A stretch of DNA of 64,000 nucleotides from a virus: the IMG/VR virus record IMGVR_UViG_3300045988_147927, positions 1 to 64,000 of that record. One strand, given 5' to 3'. The notes beneath the pieces were generated by a model. The model worked only from the letters and a program-made list of their open reading frames with translations, had not been told where the DNA came from and did not search any database. This document shows positions 16,636 to 26,167 of the stretch, piece after piece. The translations under genes were made by a program, and so were the position numbers. Within the stretch, counting starts at the first letter, position 1. Each line of letters begins with the position of its first letter.

Positions 16636-18957
16636 ATGAGAAATATTATTTATTCTAGTTTTAGTAAGGATGACCCTTATTATATTGATTATCTTAAATT
16701 ATTTGAGGAAGAGGCAGATAATTATAAGAAGAATTATAAAATAGATTCTGTTTTATCTGATGTTGAACGTAAGTTTTTAGATTATATTATTAGTTCTTTT
16801 GAGTCTAGTGGTGAGACACCTAGTAAAGATTTGTTTATTAAGGTGTTTAATGATGAGTTTTCATTAGAACATGAGTTTGATAATGCTGTAGAGATTGGTA
16901 TTAATGATTTTCGTGTATATATTTTTAATTTAATTGATAGAAGGGTTAATAAATATATTTCGGAGAGACTTGATGTACTTAATCAAAAAGTAAAAGATAC
17001 AGGTATTACCGATGAGATTGCACAAGAGTTTACAAAACTAACTTCTTTATCAAATAGAAATAAAGCCAAAGATATAGATATAGAGATTAATTCTAGGGAA
17101 GAATATAATTTAAAGAAAGAGCGTCCTGTAGGGTTAATTACTGGTATACCTGAGATTGATGATAAGATTGGTGGCATGAGTCCAGGAACTGTTTCTACGA
17201 TTGCAGGGTTTACATCTCAATACAAGTGCGTATCAGAAAATGAACGTGTGTATACTAATAGAGGTCTTTTAACGATGAAAGAGATTTATACTATTGGTGT
17301 ACATAGTGATTTGATGGTACAGTCTGAGTTTGGTTTTAGTAAACTTGTTGCTGTACATGATGAAGGTGTTAAGAAGTCTTATATCATTTATATTGGTGGT
17401 ATACCTGTTGAGACATCACCTGTTCATAGATTTAGGGTTTTAACTGGTAGTGGTTTAGAGTGGGTTGAAGCACAAAATCTTAAATGTGGTGATAGAGTAG
17501 TTCAGTCATTGAAACAGTCTACACATGAAGGGTTGGTTGGTGATAAGTTATTCTGTGAATATAAAGCAAAGGTAGTTGCTATGACAAGAGAAAGTTTTGA
17601 TGATGACTTATTTACTAAAAGTGTTGAGTGTTGGAAGTTTTTCATTAGTGAATTGTTTAGACATATAGGGTATGTGATTAAGGGTGGAAATACATTTATG
17701 TATTTTCTTAATGTTGATAAAGCATATTCCGTAAGTCATTTGTTATCTGCATTAGGGATTTCTACAGTCTTTATCAATAATAAGTTATTTATAAAAGGTT
17801 CTATATCTTTACAACGATTTATTAATGTGGTAGGTGTGGATACATATAATCATGTTAGTGATAGTTTCTATTTATCGAATATGCATGAAGAAGATTTAGG
17901 GATAGATGAATTTGTTACCATATACAATGATGACATACATGAATTTTTTAGAGCTGAGTTGGTTTGGAATACTGTAACTGATATAGAAGAATCTGAATGT
18001 TATATGTATGATTTGACAGTAGATGGTTCTCCTACATATTGTTTAAATGGGTATGTAACTCATAATACAACGATGGCTTTAAATGTGGCACATCTTAATG
18101 CTTATGAGCTTGGTTATAATGTATGTTATTTATCATTAGAAACACCTAAAGAGGATATTAATTGGAATTTATTATCTTGTCATAGTTATGATAGTAAGTT
18201 CAGTAAATATAATTTTGTCGGACATGATAAGATGCGTAGAGGTACTATGACATCTGAAGAGGAAGATTTTATCTTTAATGAGGTAGAACCTGATTTAAAA
18301 AATGATTATGTAGATGATGAGGGGTATTCTAGAAAACGAGGTAAGGTAGTTATTCTAGATGAGTCTGATTTTAAAACATTCTCTTTTGGGGAAATATCCG
18401 CCGCTATTGAGAAGGTAGATGATAAGTTAGGTGGTAAGTTAGATTGCGTTATTGTTGACTATATACAATTATGTAAGTTTAGTGGTCAGGGTGTTACGTA
18501 TGATGCTAACTCTCAGATTAATAGCTATGTAACATTCTTTAGAAGGTTAGCACAAAACTTTAAGAAAGAGATTAAAGAGGATGGTACTGAAGATGTAAGG
18601 CAACTCACGATGATTTTATTAGCACAGATTAATCGTAGTTCTTGGCAAAAGGCTAGTAGAAATGATGGTAGATATGATATCACTTGTTTAGCTGATGCGA
18701 ATGAGTTGGAGCGTGGTAGTGCTAGGGTATTTACAACGTATACATCTGAGGATTTAAAAGCTAGAAAATCTGCACAAGTGCAGATTTTAAAAAATCGTGC
18801 TGGTCAGACGATGTATGACCCTGTTACTGTGTATGCTGATGGTGAGTCATATGTATTTATGTCAGAGGATAATATGAATGGTAGCTTTAGTGCTGATGGG
18901 TTAGCTAGTGTAGAGAGTGCTTTTGCTAATATGGATGATGATTTTGATTTTATGTAG
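16636..18957 (+). CDS. dnaB: DnaB-family replicative DNA helicase containing an intein
   Basis: Extein motifs: a P-loop split as GFTSQYK / TTMALN, CVIVDYIQL (Walker B), ILLAQINRS and KNRAGQT. See the intein feature. Confidence 0.85.
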   Translation: MRNIIYSSFSKDDPYYIDYLKLFEEEADNYKKNYKIDSVLSDVERKFLDYIISSFESSGETPSKDLFIKVFNDEFSLEHEFDNAVEIGINDFRVYIFNLIDRRVNKYISERLDVLNQKVKDTGITDEIAQEFTKLTSLSNRNKAKDIDIEINSREEYNLKKERPVGLITGIPEIDDKIGGMSPGTVSTIAGFTSQYKCVSENERVYTNRGLLTMKEIYTIGVHSDLMVQSEFGFSKLVAVHDEGVKKSYIIYIGGIPVETSPVHRFRVLTGSGLEWVEAQNLKCGDRVVQSLKQSTHEGLVGDKLFCEYKAKVVAMTRESFDDDLFTKSVECWKFFISELFRHIGYVIKGGNTFMYFLNVDKAYSVSHLLSALGISTVFINNKLFIKGSISLQRFINVVGVDTYNHVSDSFYLSNMHEEDLGIDEFVTIYNDDIHEFFRAELVWNTVTDIEESECYMYDLTVDGSPTYCLNGYVTHNTTMALNVAHLNAYELGYNVCYLSLETPKEDINWNLLSCHSYDSKFSKYNFVGHDKMRRGTMTSEEEDFIFNEVEPDLKNDYVDDEGYSRKRGKVVILDESDFKTFSFGEISAAIEKVDDKLGGKLDCVIVDYIQLCKFSGQGVTYDANSQINSYVTFFRRLAQNFKKEIKEDGTEDVRQLTMILLAQINRSSWQKASRNDGRYDITCLADANELERGSARVFTTYTSEDLKARKSAQVQILKNRAGQTMYDPVTVYADGESYVFMSEDNMNGSFSADGLASVESAFANMDDDFDFM
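17227..18066 (+). other. intein (280 aa) inserted in the helicase P-loop
   Basis: Starts with Cys (CVSENERVY...) and ends ...GYVTHN, followed by Thr as the +1 residue. Removal rejoins GFTSQYK-TTMALNVA into a GxxxxxKT Walker A. The middle part (ISELFRHIGYVIKGG..., SHLLSALGISTVF, RFINVVG) resembles a LAGLIDADG-type endonuclease domain, possibly degenerate. Confidence 0.8.
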
Positions 18958-18972
18958 AAATGAGGTATTTGT

Positions 18973-19131
18973 ATGAAAACTTTTGTTTTTGATGGTAAAG
19001 AGTATAATTTTGCTGAAGACATTACACCTAAAGAAGAGGGTGATTTTGTGGCTGTAGCTACTAGCTCTGAGAATGAGATTTGTCAGTTATATTTCATAGA
19101 TGGCAAATTAATGTCTGTTGATGTGTTATAA
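18973..19131 (+). CDS. hypothetical protein (52 aa)
   Basis: ATG after TGAGGT. MKTFVFDGKEYNFAEDITPKEEGDFVAVATSSENEICQLYFIDGKLMSVDVL. Confidence 0.5.
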   Translation: MKTFVFDGKEYNFAEDITPKEEGDFVAVATSSENEICQLYFIDGKLMSVDVL

Positions 19132-19202
19132 GATTTAATACTAACTTCATAAATGTAGTAAAATAAGGGGTATTTCATTATAATTATGTAGTATATATAA
19201 AA

Positions 19203-19236
19203 TTGAGTGTCTTAATTGTTAGATACTCAATTTTTT
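19203..19236 (+). terminator. rho-independent terminator
   Basis: Stem TTGAGTGTCT / AGATACTCAA followed by TTTTTT. Confidence 0.7.
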
Positions 19237-19268
19237 ACTATATAAGAAAGTGAATATATGATATAGAT

Positions 19269-20069
19269 ATGAAGCAGTTAGATTTATTGACTAAAAGTTT
19301 TGAAGATAATATTATAAAGTGTAGAGTGAGTGGAGATAGAGGTGCTTTAGCAGTTTTATCCGATGTGCATCAAGGTCTTAATGATAGAAAGTATTTACAA
19401 GATACTGTTAAATTCTTGTTATCATTAGGTGATAGGTGTAAAGTCATTCTAGGTGGTGATTCTACAAACACTACAACTAAAAACTCTAAAGGTAATGTGT
19501 TGGAGGAGTGGTGTAGTGGGAGTGAGCAGATTTATACACTGGTTGATGATATGAGACCTTTATATGAGAGTGGACAACTTATAGGTATTATTGAGGGTAA
19601 TCACCCTAAACGTGCTTATAATGAGGCATATATTACTATAGAAGAAATGATTGCTAGTTTGTTAGGTGATAAATCTTTATATAAAGGTTCGATGGGTGTT
19701 GTGTATTTTAATGTAAATGATAACTTATATGTACATCAAATTTTGCATAAGCATAGGTCTGTAGAGGGTGCATATGATTATTTTAGTGCTGATGTAAATT
19801 GGTATGAGCATAAACATAAGCCTATGACTAGACCTAGAGTTAGGATTGAGCATAATAAGTTTGTTAAAAAACCTGTAGCTAAACAGGTCTGGGACATTTA
19901 TCAATCTAGTTTTCAAGTGTTTCCTGATTATGCTAAGAGTGGTGGATATAAACCTAGTGTGAGTGGATACTATATTTGTGAGATGACTGGTGATAAGCAT
20001 AATAGAATGGCAACACCTTATTTTGATAGTGATTATAGAAATTTAATCAAGAGTGGGTATATATTTTAG
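19269..20069 (+). CDS. calcineurin-like metallophosphoesterase
   Basis: The ordered motifs LSDVHQG (DxH), GGDSTN (GD) and EGNHP (GNH). Confidence 0.7.
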   Translation: MKQLDLLTKSFEDNIIKCRVSGDRGALAVLSDVHQGLNDRKYLQDTVKFLLSLGDRCKVILGGDSTNTTTKNSKGNVLEEWCSGSEQIYTLVDDMRPLYESGQLIGIIEGNHPKRAYNEAYITIEEMIASLLGDKSLYKGSMGVVYFNVNDNLYVHQILHKHRSVEGAYDYFSADVNWYEHKHKPMTRPRVRIEHNKFVKKPVAKQVWDIYQSSFQVFPDYAKSGGYKPSVSGYYICEMTGDKHNRMATPYFDSDYRNLIKSGYIF

Positions 20070-20077
20070 GAGATATT

Positions 20078-20539
20078 ATGGGAGATAGACTTTTAGAGAT
20101 GTATCAGAATAATAAGGGTTTTAGATATGGTAATATCATAGCTTGTCTATTTATCGGAAGAGAGGGTGAGTATGGTGAATATCCGTCAGAACCTTTCTTA
20201 GAGTATATGGAATTAGATATTGGTGGATTTGATGAGTTATTGTATGACTCATACATCTATAAAAATCTATCTTTAAGAGATATTGCATATATGGTAATGT
20301 ATTCCTATTTAGAAGATGAGTATGAGTACACAGTAGATTGTGGTTCTTTCAATATGATTGTGAGGTCTGAAGGTTCATACAAAGGTTTTAAGATTTATAT
20401 TAATATACCTTTAAGTGCTTTTATTGATAAGTGTATGTTACGATATTGCTATAAGGATATCAGTCAGGTTGTTAATAAGATTTTTAATTTATACAAAGAT
20501 ACTGAGGTTAGCGAATGTTTGAAAAGAAAAATAAATTAG
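20078..20539 (+). CDS. hypothetical protein
   Basis: 153-aa ORF. Confidence 0.65.
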   Translation: MGDRLLEMYQNNKGFRYGNIIACLFIGREGEYGEYPSEPFLEYMELDIGGFDELLYDSYIYKNLSLRDIAYMVMYSYLEDEYEYTVDCGSFNMIVRSEGSYKGFKIYINIPLSAFIDKCMLRYCYKDISQVVNKIFNLYKDTEVSECLKRKIN

Positions 20540-20907
20540 ATAGTTGGTTGGAAGAGATACATAGTTTCATTGAGTTAGAAGATGGATGTGCAGTTTCTAG
20601 TAGTGTAATTGAAAATGCTTGTAATTTTTTAAGTAGGGTGTATGACATTGATAAGAGCAATCCTTGGTATCGTAGATGTGGTGTTTATATAAAATCTTCT
20701 ACGATTGGTAGTGTTCTAATATCTATACAGGCTGTTAATGGTACATTTGTTGATATTGAGTTTATGGTAGATGGTACTATTAGTGTATATCATTATGATA
20801 CTTTAGAAGATGAAGTTAATATTGTTGATTTAATGTATTTATTGGTGTATAGTGTTGATGAGGCTGTAGAAGAATTTTCTAAGTTGGTTGAGTTTAGCTA
20901 TATTTAA
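20515..20907 (+). CDS. hypothetical protein
   Basis: 130-aa ORF overlapping the upstream gene's end. Confidence 0.6.
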   Translation: MFEKKNKLDSWLEEIHSFIELEDGCAVSSSVIENACNFLSRVYDIDKSNPWYRRCGVYIKSSTIGSVLISIQAVNGTFVDIEFMVDGTISVYHYDTLEDEVNIVDLMYLLVYSVDEAVEEFSKLVEFSYI

Positions 20908-20927
20908 ATACAAAGGGGATAGTAGTT

Positions 20928-21257
20928 ATGATTATTCATTCAGTTGATGAGGCTCATGATATTATTAAGTTCTTTAAAAAAGAGTATGGACAGTTAGATT
21001 TGTCTAATCAACTTAAAAATCTAAGAGATTTTATTGATGGTGTTGATATAGAGAAGCCGATATATAATGTAGATGTTGACATTTCTATTGATAGTGATGG
21101 GATTATTACTTTATCATATAGTGTTAATTCATGGGATGTAGGTATTATATTCTTTCAAGATAATCAAGTACATATTCAAGAGTGTGTTAATCATATTACT
21201 AAATTTGAGAATGTAAAACGTGCTATCTTATATGCTAAACGATTTTTATGTTTATAG
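20928..21257 (+). CDS. hypothetical protein
   Basis: 109-aa ORF after AAGGGGA. Confidence 0.65.
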   Translation: MIIHSVDEAHDIIKFFKKEYGQLDLSNQLKNLRDFIDGVDIEKPIYNVDVDISIDSDGIITLSYSVNSWDVGIIFFQDNQVHIQECVNHITKFENVKRAILYAKRFLCL

Positions 21258-21265
21258 AGGTTTTT

Positions 21266-21433
21266 ATGGAGATATTTTCATTTTTTATTATACTTAGTGT
21301 GTTTACAATTATAATGACTGTTGTACAAGATTATTTGATATACAAGAGTCCCTATTGGTATGCATTGTTTGCGTTTGTTTGGTTTGTGTTGATGATGTTG
21401 TGTTTGTGTCTAATACCAGGGTTATTTCAGTAG
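21266..21433 (+). CDS. small membrane protein
   Basis: ATG 21266 after AGAGG. Two hydrophobic helices. Confidence 0.55.
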   Translation: MEIFSFFIILSVFTIIMTVVQDYLIYKSPYWYALFAFVWFVLMMLCLCLIPGLFQ

Positions 21434-21460
21434 AAGTGTTGTAATACTTCTACTATTTTA
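21430..21460 (+). terminator. terminator candidate
   Basis: Stem GTAGAAGT / ACTTCTAC followed by TATTTTA (weak T tract). Confidence 0.45.
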
Positions 21461-21477
21461 ATATATGGGGGATTATT

Positions 21478-21957
21478 ATGAATGGTACATTTTCAAATGC
21501 AGTTATGGTAGGTACTATAAATAGTTTTAGAAATACATTGTATATAGCTATCAAATTTATGCTAGATAAAGAGTTATATGATATTTATAGTAAAGATTTG
21601 TATTGTAATTGTGGAGATTTTGTATATAGTAAGTTTATTGGTTTCAGCAAGATGACAATTACATTAAAAGATTTTTCTATGTATGATAATACTTTATATT
21701 ATAGTGATGGTAAAATAACTGTTGATAGTGATGAAGGTAGTAAGTTAGATATTAAATTTAATTCTAGTGGATGGTGTGATGCTTATACCTATGGTTATGA
21801 TGGTGTGTCATATGTTATAAATGCTTATGAAAAAGTAATTGAATTTGTAAAACAGTATATTGATTGGTATAAGTTTGATAGAGGTTTTTTAATTGATAGA
21901 CTGAGAGAGTTTGTTACTCAATATGGTTTGATATTACAATGTAGTAATATGAGGTAA
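21478..21957 (+). CDS. hypothetical protein
   Basis: 159-aa ORF after GGGGGA. Confidence 0.65.
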   Translation: MNGTFSNAVMVGTINSFRNTLYIAIKFMLDKELYDIYSKDLYCNCGDFVYSKFIGFSKMTITLKDFSMYDNTLYYSDGKITVDSDEGSKLDIKFNSSGWCDAYTYGYDGVSYVINAYEKVIEFVKQYIDWYKFDRGFLIDRLREFVTQYGLILQCSNMR

Positions 21958-22165
21958 TAGTTTTATATATAATTGTTGTACATTCCGTCATGATGGTTGT
22001 ATAATAAAAGTATATTATTCTTATGAAGTAAGGATGATAGCGACTGTACAAGTAGAAGTAGTGAAGCGTATGTTTATTATCTTAGTTATAGGGAGCAAGT
22101 TTTAGCCGATTATAATGATGATGGGTAACAAAAGCATAACGAAACGAAAGGAGGCCGTTTAATCT

Positions 22166-22495
22166 ATGTCTAATAAGATTAAGGCTTTGTTGTCAATTTT
22201 TGCATTTAGTGTCTTTTTTGTTTTTGGGTGTCACAGTGTTGATGCAAGACAGGTTATGACTACTGCATACTCACCACATGAACAGGCTGGCTATATGGCT
22301 AATGGGCTGTGGATTCAAGAGGGATATGTTGCATTAGATTTTCTACCTTTAGGTACACAGGTTTGGCTCGATGGTGTGCCTTATATTGTGGGAGATAGGA
22401 TTGGCGATGGCGATTATAATCATGTTGATATTGTAATGAATAGTTATGAAGATGCGATTCAGCATGGTAGACGTTATATGGATTTACAGTACTGA
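22166..22495 (+). CDS. secreted 3D-domain (MltA/RlpA-like barrel) cell-wall-binding/hydrolase-like protein
   Basis: Signal peptide LLSIFAFSVFFVFGC, then TAYSP...GT..WLDG.PYIVGDRIG.GDYNHVDIVM, typical of 3D (Asp-Asp-Asp) domains. Strong AAGGAGG RBS. Confidence 0.65.
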   Translation: MSNKIKALLSIFAFSVFFVFGCHSVDARQVMTTAYSPHEQAGYMANGLWIQEGYVALDFLPLGTQVWLDGVPYIVGDRIGDGDYNHVDIVMNSYEDAIQHGRRYMDLQY

Positions 22496-22538
22496 TTCAA
22501 TATAAGAAGATAAAAATTTACTAGTATACAAATATTTT

Positions 22539-22572
22539 AAGGTATGTTGCGTTGACAGCATACCTTATTTTT
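22539..22572 (+). terminator. rho-independent terminator
   Basis: Stem AAGGTATG / CATACCTT followed by ATTTTTA. Confidence 0.6.
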
Positions 22573-22582
22573 ATAATTTCAT

Positions 22583-22668
22583 ATAACTTAACAAAACTTT
22601 ACAATATAATAGATATGTGGTATACTATGAGTGTGATAAGAGTGGTATTAAATCAAAGGAGAAATAAA
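22583..22668 (+). promoter_or_regulatory. promoter + conserved leader cassette, copy 2
   Basis: TTTACA (22598-22603), 17-nt spacer, TGg-TATACT (to 22626), and a leader ending AATCAAAGGAGAAATAAA-ATG. Near-identical to 12530..12616. Confidence 0.65.
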
Positions 22669-22896
22669 ATGAAAAACTTTAAAATCTATATTGTGAGTGG
22701 TGAAGATAGTTCTAAGTATGAGATTTCTTTGGGTGAGTTAGTTACTAAAGGTAATTATACTGAAGATGAAGTTTGTAAGTTGTTAGATTATATTGAGTCC
22801 ACTAAGTACAAAACTTTCAGATGGAAGTTAGTACACAAGGATTCTATTCATGCTATGGATGGCGATGGGATTCAACACTACTTAGTTGTGTTATAA
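22669..22896 (+). CDS. hypothetical protein (75 aa)
   Basis: ATG 22669 follows the conserved RBS. The track ORF start at 22552 lies inside the terminator/promoter and is rejected. Confidence 0.6.
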   Translation: MKNFKIYIVSGEDSSKYEISLGELVTKGNYTEDEVCKLLDYIESTKYKTFRWKLVHKDSIHAMDGDGIQHYLVVL

Positions 22897-22912
22897 TATA
22901 AGGAGAGATAAA

Positions 22913-23317
22913 ATGAAAAAATTCGTAAGTGTTTATTATAATTTTGTTGGTTTGAATATAGAAGAAGTAAGTTCCTATATTGATATTCATGAAAATGGGT
23001 ATTGGGGAGCAGAGTCAGTTAAGGTACAGGCTGATGTGTATGGTCTTGTTAAAGGTAGACATACTATGCCAGTAGAGGAGTATGTTTTTGATGAGATTGG
23101 TGATATGTTTAACTTTTTTAACTTAGAGGTTAAAGCATTGTCATCTATTAAAAAGACATCTGATTTATTAGTGTTGTATGTGACAGGTTTAACTGCCGCT
23201 ACAGTAGCTGTTTTAAATACTGCTAATAGATTAGGGTATAAAGATGTTGTGTTAAAGCATTATAATAAAGATAATGGGCTTTATGAGTGTCAATGGTATA
23301 TTAGAGGTGGGAATTAA
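22913..23317 (+). CDS. hypothetical protein
   Basis: ATG 22913 after AAGGAGAG. Confidence 0.65.
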   Translation: MKKFVSVYYNFVGLNIEEVSSYIDIHENGYWGAESVKVQADVYGLVKGRHTMPVEEYVFDEIGDMFNFFNLEVKALSSIKKTSDLLVLYVTGLTAATVAVLNTANRLGYKDVVLKHYNKDNGLYECQWYIRGGN

Positions 23318-23319
23318 AA

Positions 23320-23610
23320 ATGGATGCAATTAATACAGTATATGGAATTTATCAAGATGGTCAATCAGTAGGATTTCTTTCACATGATAGTTTTGCAGAA
23401 TTTTTTAAAGATGTGTGTATTGATTTAGTATGTCCTGTTGAAGAGAGGGAGTACATTACAGATAAAGTTAATTTGAATGTCTTATACTTTGAGTTTGGGA
23501 AGTTCTTTTCAGATGAAGATGGGACTACATTATATAGAGTTGTAGGTAAATTCCCTAAAAAAGATATGGAAGTTTTTGGTAAAGAGTTTTATAGTAAGAT
23601 TAAAAAATGA
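23320..23610 (+). CDS. hypothetical protein
   Basis: 96-aa ORF. Confidence 0.65.
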   Translation: MDAINTVYGIYQDGQSVGFLSHDSFAEFFKDVCIDLVCPVEEREYITDKVNLNVLYFEFGKFFSDEDGTTLYRVVGKFPKKDMEVFGKEFYSKIKK

Positions 23611-23618
23611 TAATCTCT

Positions 23619-23648
23619 AGAGATACTAATATAGTATCTCTTTTTTTT
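23619..23648 (+). terminator. rho-independent terminator
   Basis: 10-bp stem AGAGATACTA / TAGTATCTCT followed by T8. Confidence 0.75.
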
Positions 23649-23718
23649 GTGTTTATTGTAACTTATATATTATATTAGATGTATTCTTTATTTTTTAGTG
23701 TGTGGTGGTATTTAATAT

Positions 23719-24300
23719 ATGGTAATTTTAACAAAGAAAACAAAATATGACAGTATTTTGGAGGGTGTACATACATTGGTTAATGAGTCTGTGTATGGAG
23801 ATTTAAAGAAGATTGGTAACAGCAAGAAGTTTACTGAGTTAAAATCTTTTAAGGATAAAAAATATCCTCATTTAGATTTAGGATATAGGATTCATAAGAT
23901 TAAGAAAGATACTTTTACATTGGACTTAGATTTCTTAGCAGGAAATAAAGATTTAGATACTCATGCTGAATTTATTGTTAGATGTTCTTGTGAGTATGTG
24001 GATAATGATGGTGTTGGCAATGTAACAATTAATGCAGATACTGTTATTGTTGAGTCTTTAGATGCTCCTATTGTTTCTGCATTAGATAATTTTAAATCTT
24101 TTAAAGTTAAGAGTGGTGTTAATCTCATTAATAAGGAAGATTTTGATGTTAATAGTAGTTTATCTGAAGTAGTTACTGATGCTTGTGTTGTTGCATTACA
24201 AAAGGTGTTACTAAATAATTCTCAATTAGATAAAAAGATAGAGAAGATTACAAATAGTGCAAAAGGATTTAGTTCTGTTAGTGGTTTTTTAACTGTATAG
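23719..24300 (+). CDS. hypothetical protein
   Basis: 193-aa ORF. Confidence 0.65.
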   Translation: MVILTKKTKYDSILEGVHTLVNESVYGDLKKIGNSKKFTELKSFKDKKYPHLDLGYRIHKIKKDTFTLDLDFLAGNKDLDTHAEFIVRCSCEYVDNDGVGNVTINADTVIVESLDAPIVSALDNFKSFKVKSGVNLINKEDFDVNSSLSEVVTDACVVALQKVLLNNSQLDKKIEKITNSAKGFSSVSGFLTV

Positions 24301-24315
24301 ATAGGTGGATACTTA

Positions 24316-25185
24316 ATGGCTGAAGAGTATGGGAAAGAGTGGAGATATTCTTTAGAAAGACAACATAGTGTACATAATCCTGTTATAATCAATGAAGATA
24401 TAGAATTACAAAGACGAATGTTTTGGGAGTCAGCGTTACATACTGGCATTACTGTTGATTTTTATAATTGTAGATTTGAGCAGCAAGATTTCAATCAAGA
24501 TTTAAATCTTATGTGGGATGACGCTATACGATTACCTGTTATTTTCGATGATGCACCTAAAGTTAAAGTATTGAAGAATTTAGGATGGTATACAGAGGAT
24601 GATGAAAGACCTGAGTTGGTATATCTTCCTATGTATAAAGATTGGATGACAAAAGAGTTATTAGATGTCAAAGAAAATTCTATTATCAGATTATATTATT
24701 TTGGTGGTATTAATACTGCTGACTTTAGGGTTACTGATAAGAAGATGGACAGTGTGTATGGTGTATACTGGGTTTGTAAATTAGCACCTGAAAGAATGAA
24801 TGATTTTACTATGATAGAGTTAAATGGTGAGCATTTCTTAAAACGTAGTGAGGTTAGAAGTAGACATACTGAGTACATGGATAAGCAGATTAGTGATGGA
24901 TATAGTCCTGATTATGACAAATCATCTGATTTTAGGAATTATGAACATTCATCGTATGTTAATCAGATAGTTGACAATGATGAGGATGATGGATTAGCAG
25001 ATAACTTGAATTATTCTAGTACTGAAAACAATAATGTTGGTTATATTGATAAAGAAGATAACGAGAGTACAACTTTTACATCTATTGATGGTAAGAAATA
25101 TATAGATAATTTTGATATTATAGAAAATTATGAAAAACCAAAGAAAAAAGATAAAAATTCTGATAGTAGATTTGTAGTGAGGTAA
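24316..25185 (+). CDS. hypothetical protein (possibly virion-associated)
   Basis: 289-aa ORF with an acidic/Asn-rich C-terminus. Confidence 0.65.
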   Translation: MAEEYGKEWRYSLERQHSVHNPVIINEDIELQRRMFWESALHTGITVDFYNCRFEQQDFNQDLNLMWDDAIRLPVIFDDAPKVKVLKNLGWYTEDDERPELVYLPMYKDWMTKELLDVKENSIIRLYYFGGINTADFRVTDKKMDSVYGVYWVCKLAPERMNDFTMIELNGEHFLKRSEVRSRHTEYMDKQISDGYSPDYDKSSDFRNYEHSSYVNQIVDNDEDDGLADNLNYSSTENNNVGYIDKEDNESTTFTSIDGKKYIDNFDIIENYEKPKKKDKNSDSRFVVR

Positions 25186-25190
25186 GTATT

Positions 25191-26102
25191 TTGAAGTATA
25201 GTAGTGATTATATCGTAGAATCATTAAGGGGTAATTCTATTAATGAAGCTAAAGTTGTAACATTTGATGGTAAGAGTAATCCAGATTTTGGTCAGGCTGT
25301 TATTATGGCTGGTGGAGCAGGTTCAGGCAAAGGAACAGCTTTGAAGAGTGTTATCATGATGCAGGGTAAAATCTTTGATGTTGATGAGTTAAAACAATTA
25401 TATGTAAAAGGTTCTAAAGCAGGTATTTTTGATGATATTCGTGGTGGTAATTATGATTTCAAGAATCCTGATGATGTAGCTTTATTACATCAAAAAGTAA
25501 AAGAGTTAGGTTTAAAAGATAGAAGGGAACAGGCTTTCTTTTCATCATTATCTACTAATCGTTTACCTAATATTGTATTTGATATTACAGGTGATGAAGA
25601 ATCTAAGTTGACTAAGTTGTCAATGATGTGTAAGGATATTGGATATAAAGTAACTTTAGTATGGGTAGTTGCTAATAGGGAAGAAGCATTTATTCGTAAT
25701 TTACAACGTGATAGGACTGTTCCTGATGAAGTATTCCATGCTACACATAATAATGTAAAAACAAGTGTATTTAGTTTTCTTGAAGGTAGTGGTAGTAAAT
25801 TCTGTGATAGTGCTTGGATAGTATTCTCTAGTGGTGCTAGTGCTGAGGAAATGACACCTGATGAAAAGAGAGCTTTAGAAAATAATAGGGTTATTAGATT
25901 AGAAAAAAAAGGTTCTAAATTTGTTGTACCTGATAAAGTATATCGTAAAATAATGAAGGTTACAGGTAGGAATGAGATAGACCCTAAGAATCCTCAAAAT
26001 TATATTAGTCAGAAAGATTTTGCTAAAGATGGTTTAAAAGATGCTATTAAATCTGTTAGAGGTGGTAAAACTACAGTTAGGAAAACTATTTTTAATAAGT
26101 AG
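25191..26102 (+). CDS. P-loop NTPase / kinase-like protein (zeta-toxin/AAA_33-like)
   Basis: Walker A MAGGAGSGKGT near the N-terminus. TTG start after GTGAGGT. Confidence 0.55.
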   Translation: MKYSSDYIVESLRGNSINEAKVVTFDGKSNPDFGQAVIMAGGAGSGKGTALKSVIMMQGKIFDVDELKQLYVKGSKAGIFDDIRGGNYDFKNPDDVALLHQKVKELGLKDRREQAFFSSLSTNRLPNIVFDITGDEESKLTKLSMMCKDIGYKVTLVWVVANREEAFIRNLQRDRTVPDEVFHATHNNVKTSVFSFLEGSGSKFCDSAWIVFSSGASAEEMTPDEKRALENNRVIRLEKKGSKFVVPDKVYRKIMKVTGRNEIDPKNPQNYISQKDFAKDGLKDAIKSVRGGKTTVRKTIFNK

Positions 26103-26116
26103 TAGAGGTATTTTAA

Positions 26117-26167
26117 ATGAAAATACTACGTAGTGTTGTTGAGATGGAACATATAGATGGGATTTAT
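26117..26167 (+). CDS. tail-completion / virion-morphogenesis protein, exon 1 (17 codons)
   Basis: ATG after TAGAGGT; MKILRSVVEMEHIDGIY. It is followed by an in-frame TAA, which is the first triplet of the inserted element. Confidence 0.6.

Noticed and set aside
21958-22165. c-di-AMP (ydaO-type) riboswitch call for the 3D-domain gene leader.
   Set aside because: The conserved ACGGGG / ACCCA / GGUGAAUC-type blocks I remember for that class are not present. It is kept only as a low-interest structured-leader hypothesis.
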